Source: Thermoanaerobaculia bacterium (GTDB taxonomy: Bacteria > Acidobacteriota > Thermoanaerobaculia > Multivoradales > Multivoraceae). Taken from it: 64,000 nucleotides of DNA. The notes under the pieces were generated by a model. That model saw only the letters and a list, made by a program, of their open reading frames with translations. It had not been told where the DNA came from and made no database searches. The position numbers were made by a program, and so were the translations under genes. Location: NCBI GenBank assembly GCA_963664405.1, contig OY761158.1, forward strand, positions 5,632,001 through 5,696,000, in the 5' to 3' direction. Below are positions 43,847 to 53,936 of this stretch, one piece after another. Position 1 is the first letter of the stretch; each line of letters starts with the position of its first letter.

Positions 43847-46405
43847 CTAGGGCCCGCCCGAGTTCACTCGTGCCATGACGGCGTCGAATCGCAGGCTCAG
43901 TGTCCGCCCCACAGCCTCCGCGCTCAGTTGGCGTCGAACTCTCTCTTGCCCCCTCTTCGCCACTTCACTTGCCTCTTCCCGATGCTCGAAGACTTGGCGC
44001 ATGAGCTCCGCGGCGTGCTCGATATCGGGCTCGGCCCACACCGCGCCCGCTGGATAGGGGCCTACATCCTCTTCGATCTCGACCAGGTCGTAACGAACCG
44101 GATAGCCGGTGTTGACGTCGAAGAAGTCGCTCACACCTGAGTAGGGAGTGGCGATCACCGGCTTTCCCGCGATCATGGCCTCGGCCAGAGTGAGACCGAA
44201 GCCCTCGGAGCGATGAAGCGAAACATAGCAGTCGCAGACCGCGGTGAGGCTGAGCGCCTCATCTCGGTCGACATAGCCTTGGATCATGCGTACGTCGGCG
44301 TCGCCGATCTCGTGCTCGAGTGACCCCTGAAGCTCAGGCGAGAAGTCTTCTGACGAGCTCTTGAGCACCAGCAGTGGACCTTCTCCCGGCTTGAAGGCGC
44401 GCCGGAATGCGCGCACGAGGCCCAGCGGGTTCTTGCGCTCCGCGTAGCTGAGAAAATTGAAGCTGAAGAGAAAAATGAAAGCGTCCGGCGGTAGCCCGAA
44501 GTGGGATCGGTCATGGCTCGCCTCCGGCGCCTCTCGGACCGGAATCGGCACTCGACGTACCGGGATCGGTGAGACGGCTGCGAGGGCGTCCAGGCAGAAG
44601 GTGCTCGGTGTCCAGATCTCGTGCAGCACGTCGAAAGCGGGTCGCCAGCGATCGGGGAAGGTCTCGAGCTCCCAGAGCCAGAATCCGATGTTGTAGCGTC
44701 CCCCGAAGATCTCGCCGCCGAGGTGCTCATAAACGGGCTGCACCTGGTCGGCATTGGCCACGAACAGATTCACATCGTAGGCCAGCGCGCCCCCCGACTC
44801 CTCTGTGAAGCTCCTGTCCTCTTGGCGCGCGATGACCCCAATCCCGAGATTGTGGCGTGACATCGGAAGCTCGGTGGTCTCGAGAGCGCGGGCGAGCGAC
44901 CTTGCTGCCTCGCCCATGCCGGTCTCGGCTTGGAGATAGCCGACTAGATTGATGCCGGGATTCTCGAGCGCTCTGGGCAGCCCGATTCGATAGTTACGCG
45001 GGGTGCTCATGACCGGCGGCGCACCCTTGATCCGCGTGCGTAGAGCATTCGTCCGCGAAGGGCCCAAAAGGCGCTTGGCGAGGGCGCGCAGCTGGAGACC
45101 CGGGCCGGAGTGGTAAAGCCGTTTCAACCGGTTCTTGACTCCTCGTCCAGCTCCGGCGTTTGTCGAAGGTGTCCCGGTCTCGGAGCCGTAGAGCGGCAGG
45201 AGAAAGGCGTCGTCGAGCCTTAGCTCGAAGCGCCCGAAACCGTCCATCCATTCGCAGAAGTCCGCAAAGGACGCACCCTCGACATCGGGAAAGCTCTCTC
45301 GCAGCTCGGGGCGCGCGGCGTGCAGGCCCGCGAACAGCCGGCTGAGGTAGGGAGGACGGGCGAGCCGGTCACTCCTGGGGGCGTTCAACCAGTTGAAGAA
45401 GCTGTTGGGGTCGGCGGTGACGAAGGGGTCGCCGAAGCGCACTCGCTCCTTCGGCCTGAGATCGAGAAAGAGTCGACGGGCGATATCCGGGATCACGGCT
45501 CCGTTGTCGAAGTGCGCAAAGGCGTAGGGCCAGGCTTTCGAGGTGGCGAAGCCGGCTTCCATCAGCAGCTCTCGATAGTGGCGATAGAGGTCGGCTGCGT
45601 CACCGAGGTCGTTGAGGCGATAGCGGTTCTGATGCTTGGACACGAGCTCGAGCGCGTCCGGCTGGATGCCGCTGAAGTGAAAGAAGACGAGCGGCTCGCC
45701 GTTCACTCGCCAGCCTTCTTGCTCGAGTTTCAGCTCTCGCCCGTTGAGGTTCCAGTAGGCGACATTGTGGCCAGGGTGGGCGAGAATGTGGACGTTCTCG
45801 AACATCCCCGGCACCAGGTCGATCCACTTCTGGTCGACGAAGAGGCCCTCTTCGATCCGGACGACGCAGTGGTCGTAGAGTCGGTCCTGCCACCATCGCA
45901 AGAGTCGCTGCGAGACTTCGCCTCTACGAAGGGCGATGAAGCCGAGATTGTAAGCCCCGGACTGGAGGATCTGGAGCTCGCCAGGAGAAGCGTCGTCGTC
46001 GATGGGAGCCGTGAGATGGGGGGTAAGCACGATGTCGCTCTGTACCAACAGGTCCGCCATCTCTTCGAGTTGATGAGTGATCAGGATGTCCGGGTCGAAA
46101 TAGATCAGGCTGGGAAGATCGAATCGTTCGAAGAGGTGCTCCATGAAGAAGGGTTTGACGGCCGTGTTGGCCTCGAGAAGGGTGTACTTGAAGAGGAACC
46201 CTCTGAGCTCCTCGATATTTTCGAGCTCTTCGACTTCGATGAGAGTGAAGGGCTCTCTTGTGGCATCGATTCGATCTTCGCAGCGGTCCACGATGAGCAC
46301 GAAGAAGCGCCCTTCGGGGTGAAGCTCGAGGAACGAGTGCGCCAGCACCCGTGCGAAGGCGATGTAGTTCTTCGAGACGATGGTGCAGGCGGCGAGCGGT
46401 GTCAC
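43847..46405 (-). CDS. Two-domain glycosyltransferase (GT-A-like N-terminus, GT4 C-terminus)
   Basis: N-terminal YFDPDI, GAYNLGF, DQKW.DL, NVAYWNL, FFHFSG; C-terminal WELE, RKNP, SLHRSEGFGLT.AEAM. Confidence 0.88.
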   Translation of the reverse strand: MTPLAACTIVSKNYIAFARVLAHSFLELHPEGRFFVLIVDRCEDRIDATREPFTLIEVEELENIEELRGFLFKYTLLEANTAVKPFFMEHLFERFDLPSLIYFDPDILITHQLEEMADLLVQSDIVLTPHLTAPIDDDASPGELQILQSGAYNLGFIALRRGEVSQRLLRWWQDRLYDHCVVRIEEGLFVDQKWIDLVPGMFENVHILAHPGHNVAYWNLNGRELKLEQEGWRVNGEPLVFFHFSGIQPDALELVSKHQNRYRLNDLGDAADLYRHYRELLMEAGFATSKAWPYAFAHFDNGAVIPDIARRLFLDLRPKERVRFGDPFVTADPNSFFNWLNAPRSDRLARPPYLSRLFAGLHAARPELRESFPDVEGASFADFCEWMDGFGRFELRLDDAFLLPLYGSETGTPSTNAGAGRGVKNRLKRLYHSGPGLQLRALAKRLLGPSRTNALRTRIKGAPPVMSTPRNYRIGLPRALENPGINLVGYLQAETGMGEAARSLARALETTELPMSRHNLGIGVIARQEDRSFTEESGGALAYDVNLFVANADQVQPVYEHLGGEIFGGRYNIGFWLWELETFPDRWRPAFDVLHEIWTPSTFCLDALAAVSPIPVRRVPIPVREAPEASHDRSHFGLPPDAFIFLFSFNFLSYAERKNPLGLVRAFRRAFKPGEGPLLVLKSSSEDFSPELQGSLEHEIGDADVRMIQGYVDRDEALSLTAVCDCYVSLHRSEGFGLTLAEAMIAGKPVIATPYSGVSDFFDVNTGYPVRYDLVEIEEDVGPYPAGAVWAEPDIEHAAELMRQVFEHREEASEVAKRGQERVRRQLSAEAVGRTLSLRFDAVMARVNSGGP

Positions 46406-47520
46406 GGCGCTGGCTCGGTGGCACGGATATCGGTTTCTATCAGCCTCTGGTAGAGGGCGAGGGTCTCCGTTGCCGTCTTGCGCCAGGAGAGCTCGGCGGC
46501 TCGCGCCAAGGAGGCCTCCCTCAGGGTACGCCTTGCATCGCCATCGGTGAGGAGCTCGCTCATCGCCAGGGCTATTTGCTCGATGTCCTGTGGATCGACG
46601 AAGCGGGCCGCCTCGCCAGCTGCTTCGGCGGTAGCCCCGTCACGACTGGTCACCACCGGGGCTCCGCAGGCCATGGCCTCCACGATCGGCAGGCCGAAGC
46701 CTTCCGCCAGAGAGGGATAGACGAAGAGTCGGGCCGCACTGTAGAGAGCGACCAGCTGGTCATCGCTGACCCTTCCCAGTTGCTTGATCTCGCCCGGCCC
46801 CTGACGCTCGTCGAGGGCCCGGGAGAGAGCTTCGTTACGCCATCCTTCTCCCCCGGCGAGCACCAGCGGGTATGCCAGCTGCAGCTCCTCGGGTAGGCGA
46901 TCGTAGGCGGCGACGAGTCGAGCCAGGTTCTTGCGCGGCTCGAAGGTTCCGACGGCAAGCACGAACGGAGCCGAAATCTCGAAGGACGCCTCGACCTCTC
47001 GCTTGGCGTCATCCGACGATTTCGGCTGGAAGAGGGGTGCGGGGGCCGGGTAGATCACCGGAACCCTGGCGCGGTCGACTCCCAGATGAGTCAACAGCTC
47101 GTGGCGCGTGGTGTTCGAGATCGCCAGCCAATGCGCGCCCCCGGCCAGGGCCTCGAGTAGGCCGGTGAGGCTGTGCACTTTGTTCTCGAGGGTGTGGTAC
47201 TCGGGATGCGAGAGAACGGTGAGGTCGTAGCAAGTGAAGAGAACTCTGCCGCTGAAGCCGAGAGGATAGGCCCAGGTATTGGCATGGAAGAGGTCTAGGG
47301 CGTCTTTGTCGGTCGGCTTGCCGCTCATCAGGCGAAAACCCGTGGGACTCTCGGGGTAGTGCTCGCTGAAGTCTCGAGGCTCGATTCGACCCGTGAGGCT
47401 GTAGAGCAGCACCTCTGCTTGCGGACGTGACTCCATCAACGCGCGAAGTAGATGTGCGGTGTAGCTGCCGATTCCGTCGCGCGGCGCCAAGGCTTTGCTG
47501 ATGTCGAATCCGATGCGCAA
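46402..47520 (-). CDS. Glycosyltransferase family 4
   Basis: MRIGFD, GIGSY, EPRKNL, YPSLAEGFGLP.VEAMACG. Confidence 0.93.
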   Translation of the reverse strand: MRIGFDISKALAPRDGIGSYTAHLLRALMESRPQAEVLLYSLTGRIEPRDFSEHYPESPTGFRLMSGKPTDKDALDLFHANTWAYPLGFSGRVLFTCYDLTVLSHPEYHTLENKVHSLTGLLEALAGGAHWLAISNTTRHELLTHLGVDRARVPVIYPAPAPLFQPKSSDDAKREVEASFEISAPFVLAVGTFEPRKNLARLVAAYDRLPEELQLAYPLVLAGGEGWRNEALSRALDERQGPGEIKQLGRVSDDQLVALYSAARLFVYPSLAEGFGLPIVEAMACGAPVVTSRDGATAEAAGEAARFVDPQDIEQIALAMSELLTDGDARRTLREASLARAAELSWRKTATETLALYQRLIETDIRATEPAP

Positions 47521-47580
47521 TGGGAGTCCGCTCGAGAGTCCCCTCGGGTTACGCGGAGGGGGTGCTGGTCGCGGCGAAAG

Positions 47581-47934
47581 TCAGGCTTTGATCTCGTCCG
47601 CCGCCGGCTCGGGCAGTTCTAGATGCAGTTCGAGAACGTAACGGCGCAGGGCCTCCGCGGCCGGCGCACTGAGCAGGCCCGCAACCTGGCTGGAGGATAC
47701 CAGCGTAAGCAGGTGGTCGCGTTGACTCCTGAAGGTGTCGCGCCGCCTCTGCCGGGTCAGCTCGTCGATCTGGCTCTGCAGAGTGTCGCATCGCAGGTCG
47801 AGCCCGAGGCTGCGGTCGTGAATCTGTTCGGACAATTCTCGTCGCGCGAAAGATGCACGTCGGAATAGACTGTAGGTCGCCACCATCAGAGTCGCCGTGG
47901 CGGCAATCAGCAGAATCAGAAAATAGCTCGCCAT
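47581..47934 (-). CDS. Small membrane-anchored coiled-coil hypothetical protein
   Basis: ATG 47934 gives MASYFLILLIAATATLMVATY (TM) followed by a helical region. Confidence 0.6.
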   Translation of the reverse strand: MASYFLILLIAATATLMVATYSLFRRASFARRELSEQIHDRSLGLDLRCDTLQSQIDELTRQRRRDTFRSQRDHLLTLVSSSQVAGLLSAPAAEALRRYVLELHLELPEPAADEIKA

Positions 47935-48033
47935 CCCAATTGGCCCGATGCATTCTATCCCGATCGTGATCCGGGTGAGCCCTGCCCCGCGACCCTCAGC
48001 GAGCAGGCGGGTCCAGCTGAGCGTGCGCTCCTC

Positions 48034-49326
48034 GTGAGCGGCCTGTTTCATCGTCTGACTAGGCCTAGGGGCTGGTGGCGCATTCTTCTGCCGCTCGCAA
48101 CCGTAGGCTTGCTCGGCGGGCACATCATTTTCTGGTACCTACCGCGGGAACGCCCCGGCGTGCCGGATCCGGACTCTCCGTCGGGGCGCCTCTTCTTTTC
48201 GTCTCGCGAGGGGGCCCGCATATGGCTGCCCTGGCCCCACCAGAACCTCGGCCACGCTGCGGCGGGTGTAGAGGACTTGGATGCCTTTCTCGACGCCGCG
48301 GGTCGCCTTAGCGGTGGAGGGCAGGTCTCGATGCCCCGGTTCGGGCCCTTCTCGCTACCGCCGGCGAGCTCGCTGGCTGTGGCAACGTCGCCGCAGGGTG
48401 AGCGCGTGGCGATGGTGGTCGAGGTCTATCCAGTGCTGGCGGTGGTGGCACGCCTCGCCGGATGGGTTGCTCGCAACCCAATTCTTGGCGGAGGTCCAGT
48501 CGTGCTCGACGGGCGTTCGTACGAGGTCGTCTGGCGTGGCCGCTCCTGGTCTCTCGGCGCGAAGGATCTGGGCGCGGAGGGCTCAGCCTCTCCAGCTCTC
48601 GCCGAAGACTCCTTATCAGAGGGGCGACTGCGGCCCGAGGAAGGGGCGTTAGCGTGGGCGGCCCTCAGCGAGGCTTTTCCGCCGTTGCCTTCCGGTCTCT
48701 ATCGGCTGCAGCGAAAAGGGCAGGACCTCGTGCTCCAATCGGGGTCGCACTCCGCCCCCTCGGGCCTCCAATCGGTTGTGGCTGGGGGGGGCTTAGAGCC
48801 CAAACTCGCACTTCTCGGCCTGCGCAGGGACGAGGCGGGGTCGGCCAGCGTGCTGGTGCTCCCGAACGCTGCCGAAGATGGCAGGCTGCGGCTCCCGGAT
48901 GCCGCAGTACTGTGGACCGCCGCAGACAGTCGTTGGTCGCTGCCGGGGGAGAGCGTCCAACGCCTGCTGGGCTTCGAGCTCTTGGAAGACGAGGCTGAAG
49001 GGTGGGGCATTCTGGCGCTGGAGGAGGCCAGCCTCGATCTGGCGAGAGAGTTGGCTGGACCGCTGCGACCGCTGTCGCGGGGTGATCTGCACTTCGGACT
49101 CTGGTTTCGGCCTGCCCCCTACCGCCGTCTAGTGGCTACGGTGGCCGATGTCTTCGATTCGATCCCTCTCGTTTCTCGGTCGAGAGCCCAATTCTGGCGC
49201 GATCTCGATACGGTGCTTAGAGGGACCCACGACATCGAGAGTGTGTCCGTCGCGATCGATCAGGAAGGAGCGGAGATCCGCCTGAACGGGGGGCCTGTGT
49301 TGACAGCTCCTCGCGAGGGCTCATAA
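48034..49326 (+). CDS. Hypothetical protein with N-terminal TM anchor
   Basis: 430-aa ORF filling the gap before yceD; N-terminal TM; no family recognised. Confidence 0.7.
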   Translation: MSGLFHRLTRPRGWWRILLPLATVGLLGGHIIFWYLPRERPGVPDPDSPSGRLFFSSREGARIWLPWPHQNLGHAAAGVEDLDAFLDAAGRLSGGGQVSMPRFGPFSLPPASSLAVATSPQGERVAMVVEVYPVLAVVARLAGWVARNPILGGGPVVLDGRSYEVVWRGRSWSLGAKDLGAEGSASPALAEDSLSEGRLRPEEGALAWAALSEAFPPLPSGLYRLQRKGQDLVLQSGSHSAPSGLQSVVAGGGLEPKLALLGLRRDEAGSASVLVLPNAAEDGRLRLPDAAVLWTAADSRWSLPGESVQRLLGFELLEDEAEGWGILALEEASLDLARELAGPLRPLSRGDLHFGLWFRPAPYRRLVATVADVFDSIPLVSRSRAQFWRDLDTVLRGTHDIESVSVAIDQEGAEIRLNGGPVLTAPREGS

Positions 49327-49360
49327 ACTGCGCTGCTGATCGAGGTGGGTAGGGGGACTT

Positions 49361-49930
49361 ATGCAGATCCACTTGGATCATGAACAGAGCGAGCCCCTGG
49401 TTTGGCAGGAGGTTCTAGGTCTTCGTCCGCAAGACATCGATCCCGTGACCCTGCTCGATGTTAGTGAGGTCCGTTGCAGCGGGCGGTTGGATCTCGCCGA
49501 CCCGGGTTTTCGATTGCAGATGGAAATCGCCTACGAACAGACCCTCTCCTGCATCCGCTGCCTCTCCGAGACGCGGGCTCCGGTACGCACGGAGACCGAG
49601 CTGATGATCTTGCCTGGTTCCGACGCGCCTGATGCGGCGGCATCCGAAAGGGAGCTTCTTGCAGACGAGCTCAGCGTTCTATATGTTGCGGGTGAGACGC
49701 TGGAGACCGAAGCGCTGGTTGTGGACCAGATGATTTTCGAGATCCCGATGAAGCCTCTATGCCGCCCGGAGTGCCTAGGTCTGTGCCCGAATTGCGGGAC
49801 AGATCGCAACTCCGAGCCTAATTGTTGTGATGCTGGAGCCTCGAAAGTTTCTCGGTGGGCCGAGCTGGCGTCGCTCCGAGACCAGTTCCAGAACGAGAGT
49901 CGACAGACACAAGGAAAAAACGATGGCTAA
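49361..49930 (+). CDS. yceD: DUF177/YceD family protein
   Basis: C.RCL and [17 protein letters not shown]; directly upstream of rpmF. Confidence 0.9.
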   Translation: MQIHLDHEQSEPLVWQEVLGLRPQDIDPVTLLDVSEVRCSGRLDLADPGFRLQMEIAYEQTLSCIRCLSETRAPVRTETELMILPGSDAPDAAASERELLADELSVLYVAGETLETEALVVDQMIFEIPMKPLCRPECLGLCPNCGTDRNSEPNCCDAGASKVSRWAELASLRDQFQNESRQTQGKNDG

Positions 49931-50105
49931 TCCCAAGCGAAGAACATCCAGGGCACGTCGCGATCGGCGACGAGCCCACGATGCGTTACCGAAGCCGGCC
50001 TCTTCTCTCTGTCCCGAGTGTGGTGAGGCAAAGCTGCCTCATCGTGCTTGCCGTAGCTGTGGCAGCTACCGGGGCCGCCAAGTTCTGCCGCCCGACGAGT
50101 CCTGA
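49923..50105 (+). CDS. rpmF: 50S ribosomal protein L32 (Zn-ribbon form)
   Basis: [36 protein letters not shown]. Confidence 0.97.
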   Translation: MANPKRRTSRARRDRRRAHDALPKPASSLCPECGEAKLPHRACRSCGSYRGRQVLPPDES

Positions 50106-50166
50106 TTACGCTTCAACCGTGCGATTCTTGCTGCCTCCGCTCTTGCTGGGGGTCTGCTAGCATTGC

Positions 50167-51255
50167 GTGTCTCTCTCTCAGTCATGTGTTTCGTCACCGG
50201 AGTACGCTGAACTGTCTTCGCGTGTCACCATCGCGGTAGATGCCATGGGCGGGGACCATGCTCCGGCGTCCGCCGTAGGGGGCGCGCTGGCGGCGCTGCG
50301 CGAGAGTTCGTGCTCGGTGATTCTGGTGGGAGACGAGGACGCGCTGCGCGCCGAGCTGGACCGGCTGCCACCCGCCGAGGGCGACCTCGAGATCGAGCAT
50401 GCGGAGGAAGTGGTGGAGATGGACGAATCTCCGATCACTCCGATTCGCAAGAAGAAGCGGTCCTCGGTGAGGATCTGCGCCAATCTGGTCCGAGACGGTC
50501 GCGCTCATGGCATGTTTTCGGCGGGGAACACCGGTGCCGCGATGATTTCGGCGAAGATGGTGATCGGCACGATCGAAGGTGTCGATCGGCCTGCCTTGGC
50601 GGCGGTTTTCCCCAGTCTGGGTGGCCCGACCCTGGTGCTCGACGTCGGCGCCAACATCGGAAGCAAAGTGGAGCATCTGCGGCAGTTTGCGGTCATGGGG
50701 CACTTCTACGCCCAAGAGATCCTCGGCACCCACGCTCCGCGGATCGGGCTCCTTTCAGTGGGCGAGGAAGAGGGAAAGGGCACCGGCTTCACCCGTGAGG
50801 TCTACAAGATCATGGAGACCCTTCACCTCGACTTCGTCGGTAACGTTGAAGGACGCGACGTCTACCGTGGCTCGGTTGATGTCATCGTTTGCGATGGCTT
50901 TGCGGGCAACGTGATGCTCAAGTCGAGTGAAGCGCTGGGCGAGATGATCGTGAGTCTCTTGCGAGAGGAGATGTCGAGATCCTGGCGCGGGCGACTCGCC
51001 TCGGTCGTCGCGCGGTCTGCGTTCCGAAACCTGTTCGCGCGTCTCGACTATTCGGAGTACGGGGCGGTCCCGCTGCTTGGGGTGAAGGGCGCGTGCTTCA
51101 TCGGTCATGGCAACTCCAACGCCAATGCCGTCAAGAATGCGATTCTGCGCACACGCGATTTTTGCGAAGCGGATCTTCACAACAAGATGCGCGAGAAGTT
51201 GGCTGAAATGCACGCTGTCGAGGAGAGTTTGGCGGGCTCTCTGGGGGCGGTATGA
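50167..51255 (+). CDS. plsX: Phosphate acyltransferase PlsX
   Basis: IAVDAMGGDHAP, SAGNTGA, RPAL, LDVGAN, FVGNVEG, CDGFAGNV.LK. Confidence 0.97.
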   Translation: MSLSQSCVSSPEYAELSSRVTIAVDAMGGDHAPASAVGGALAALRESSCSVILVGDEDALRAELDRLPPAEGDLEIEHAEEVVEMDESPITPIRKKKRSSVRICANLVRDGRAHGMFSAGNTGAAMISAKMVIGTIEGVDRPALAAVFPSLGGPTLVLDVGANIGSKVEHLRQFAVMGHFYAQEILGTHAPRIGLLSVGEEEGKGTGFTREVYKIMETLHLDFVGNVEGRDVYRGSVDVIVCDGFAGNVMLKSSEALGEMIVSLLREEMSRSWRGRLASVVARSAFRNLFARLDYSEYGAVPLLGVKGACFIGHGNSNANAVKNAILRTRDFCEADLHNKMREKLAEMHAVEESLAGSLGAV

Positions 51256-52190
51256 GCTCCGCACTCCGTGCTTTCGTGTTCCCCGGCCAGGGCTCTCAGA
51301 GCGTCGGGATGGGGCAGGAGTGCGCCGCCGAGATCGAGGAGGCTCGAGCAGTTTTCAGCTGCGCCGACGAAGTGCTTGGATTCCAGCTCAGTCGTCTCTG
51401 TTGGGAGGGCCCGGCCGCCGATCTTCAGCTGACGGCGAATACGCAACCCGCGATTCTGACCATGTCCGTTGCGATCTTCCGCTCGCTCGAGGCAGCCGCC
51501 CTGCGCCCGGACGCGGTTGCCGGACATAGCCTGGGAGAGTACTCGGCACTGGTCGCCGCCGGAGCGCTGGAATTCTCCGACGCGGTTCAACTGGTGCGAC
51601 GAAGGGGCGAATTGATGCAGGAGGCGGTACCCCCGGGAGTGGGCGCCATGGCAGCGATTCTCGGACTCGATCCGGGTGTGGTCCGTGAGGTCGTGGAAAC
51701 CGTGACTTCCGCGCAGGCTGTTTGTGCGGTGGCTAATCTGAACGCTCCTTGCCAGACCGTCATCGCCGGACATCGCGACGCGGTGGAGAGCGCTGTTGAC
51801 GAGGCCAAAACGCGGGGCGCGAAACGGGCGGTTCTACTGCCCGTCTCCGCGCCTTTTCACTCGCCGCTGATGGCTCCCGCACGCGAGGCGATGGCTCCTC
51901 TTCTCGAGGCCGTGACTATTTCGGACCCAGCGGTGCCGGTGGTCTGTAACGTCGACGCCAGACCGCTAAGGGAGGCCTTGGCGGTAAAGGACGCGCTGCT
52001 TCGCCAGATCGACCAGCCGGTTCGCTGGGTGGAGTCGATAGTGTGCCTTACGGAAGAGCTCGACTGCTCCAGTTTTGTCGAAGTAGGCCCGGGTCGGGTG
52101 CTCTCTGGCCTGATCCGCCGTATTGTTCCGAAAGCATCGACTGCGAGCGCGTCCTCACCCGACTCGATTCGCGCCGCGATCGGTAGCTGA
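51252..52190 (+). CDS. fabD: Malonyl-CoA:ACP transacylase
   Basis: FPGQGSQ, TQPAI, GHSLGEY, VSAPFHS, EVGPG.VL.GL. Confidence 0.98.
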   Translation: MSSALRAFVFPGQGSQSVGMGQECAAEIEEARAVFSCADEVLGFQLSRLCWEGPAADLQLTANTQPAILTMSVAIFRSLEAAALRPDAVAGHSLGEYSALVAAGALEFSDAVQLVRRRGELMQEAVPPGVGAMAAILGLDPGVVREVVETVTSAQAVCAVANLNAPCQTVIAGHRDAVESAVDEAKTRGAKRAVLLPVSAPFHSPLMAPAREAMAPLLEAVTISDPAVPVVCNVDARPLREALAVKDALLRQIDQPVRWVESIVCLTEELDCSSFVEVGPGRVLSGLIRRIVPKASTASASSPDSIRAAIGS

Positions 52191-52204
52191 AGAGGGGGTG
52201 TTTG

Positions 52205-52948
52205 ATGTTTCGCCTCGAAGGCAAGACTGCGTTGGTCACCGGTGCGTCGATGGGAATCGGGGAGGGCATCGCCAGGCGCTTGGCGGCGGCCGGCGCGACG
52301 GTAATCGTCGCGGCTCGCTCTACCGATCGCCTGGAGAATCTTGTTGAGGAGCTGCGGGGGCTTGGCCAGGCGGCACATCCGCTCACCCTCGATGTCTCGC
52401 AGGCGGAAAGCCTGCAGGAACAGCTGGCCGACCTTCCGACGGAGCTGTTGCCGGTGCAGATTCTGGTCAACAATGCCGGAGTGACCGCCGACAATCTGCT
52501 GGCGCGCATGAGCCTCGAGCAGTGGAGTCACGTAATCGACACCAATCTGACCGGTACCTTTGCTCTCAGCCGGGCGCTCCTACGCGGGATGTTGCGCTCG
52601 CGATGGGGCCGCATCGTCAACATCTCTTCGGTGGTGGCGCTGATGGGCAACGGAGGGCAGACCAACTACGCGGCCTCGAAGGCCGGCATCATCGGCTTCA
52701 GCAAGTCGCTCGCGCGCGAGATCGGGAGTCGCAACATCACCGTAAACGTGGTTGCTCCCGGCTACGTAAGTACAGCCATGACCGAGTCTCTCACCGAGCA
52801 GCAGAAGTCCGCGCTGGAGCAGGGGATCGTGCTTGGGCGTCTGGGCACGACCGAAGATATCGCCGCCGCCGTCCACTATCTCGCCAGCGAAGACGCCGGC
52901 TACGTCACGGGCCAGGTACTAAATGTGTCAGGCGGCCTCTACATTTGA
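52205..52948 (+). CDS. fabG: 3-oxoacyl-ACP reductase
   Basis: TGASMGIG, NNAG, YAASKAG, VTGQVL.V.GG. Confidence 0.97.
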   Translation: MFRLEGKTALVTGASMGIGEGIARRLAAAGATVIVAARSTDRLENLVEELRGLGQAAHPLTLDVSQAESLQEQLADLPTELLPVQILVNNAGVTADNLLARMSLEQWSHVIDTNLTGTFALSRALLRGMLRSRWGRIVNISSVVALMGNGGQTNYAASKAGIIGFSKSLAREIGSRNITVNVVAPGYVSTAMTESLTEQQKSALEQGIVLGRLGTTEDIAAAVHYLASEDAGYVTGQVLNVSGGLYI

Positions 52949-53573
52949 TATCCGGAGGAAGGTGATACCCCGCACCGCTCGCCGACTCCTCACTTCTCCA
53001 GATGCGCCGTCCTCGGCGCCATGTAGTCCATCCGGAGGAAGTGATATTCATCACTTCTGTAGGCCTCTACATTTGATATCCGGAGGAAGGTGATACCCCT
53101 CACCGCTCGCCGACTCCTCACTTCTCCGGATGCGCCGTCCTCGGCGCCATGTAGTCCATCCGGAGGAAGTGATATTCATCACTTCTGTAGGCCTCTACAT
53201 CTGATATCCGGAGGAAGGTGATACCCCGCACCGCTCGCCGACTCCTCACTTTCCCTGATGCGCCGTCCTCGGCGCCATGTAGTCCATCCGGAGGAAGTGA
53301 TATTCATCACTTCTGTAGGCCTCTACATCTGATATCCGGAGGAAGGTGATACCCCGCACCGCTCGCCGACTCCTCACTTCTCCAGATGCGCCGTCCTCGG
53401 CGCCATGTAGTCCATCCGGAGGAAGTGATATTCATCACTTCTGTAGGCCTCTACATCTGATATCCGGAGGAAGGTGATACCCCGCACCGCTCGCCGACTC
53501 CTCACTTCTCCGGATGCGCCGTCCTCGGCGCCATGTAGTCCATCCGGAGGAAGTGATATTCATCACTTCTGTA
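52934..53573. repeat. Tandem array of five 128-bp units between fabG and acpP
   Basis: Units start at 52934, 53062, 53190, 53318 and 53446 and differ at only a few positions; a degenerate hairpin (GGAAATGATAGCCATCATTTCC) follows at ~53584-53605. Confidence 0.97.
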
Positions 53574-53691
53574 GGATGCCGAAGGAAATGATAGCCATCA
53601 TTTCCGTAGGCTAGTAGGATGTGCGCCGCGTGCTGTGCAAGAGTATGCCTGGTTCGATCGCCAACGGTACTGAAGCAAGGAGACGCCATCC

Positions 53692-53928
53692 ATGTCCGTA
53701 GCAGAGAAGGTCAAGAGCATTATCGTCGAGCAGCTGGGTGTCGACGCTGACGAGGTAACCACCAACGCGAGTTTTACCGACGATCTAGGAGCGGACTCCC
53801 TGGACATCGTCGAGCTCGTTATGGCTTTTGAAGAAGAGTTCGAGCTCGAGATTCCAGACGAGGCAGCTGAGAAGATCGGTAAGGTGCAGGAAGCGATCGA
53901 CTACATCGAGGGGAACAAGGGAGGCTGA
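53692..53928 (+). CDS. acpP: Acyl carrier protein
   Basis: [20 protein letters not shown]; AAGGAG SD. Confidence 0.99.
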   Translation: MSVAEKVKSIIVEQLGVDADEVTTNASFTDDLGADSLDIVELVMAFEEEFELEIPDEAAEKIGKVQEAIDYIEGNKGG

Positions 53929-53936
53929 GGGCCGTC

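Noticed and set aside
52934-53573. CRISPR array
   Set aside because: Whole 128-bp units are near-identical, with no unique spacers and no cas genes in the window.
53435-53807. Short minus-strand ORFs across the array and acpP
   Set aside because: They are by-products of the repeat sequence or antisense to acpP.
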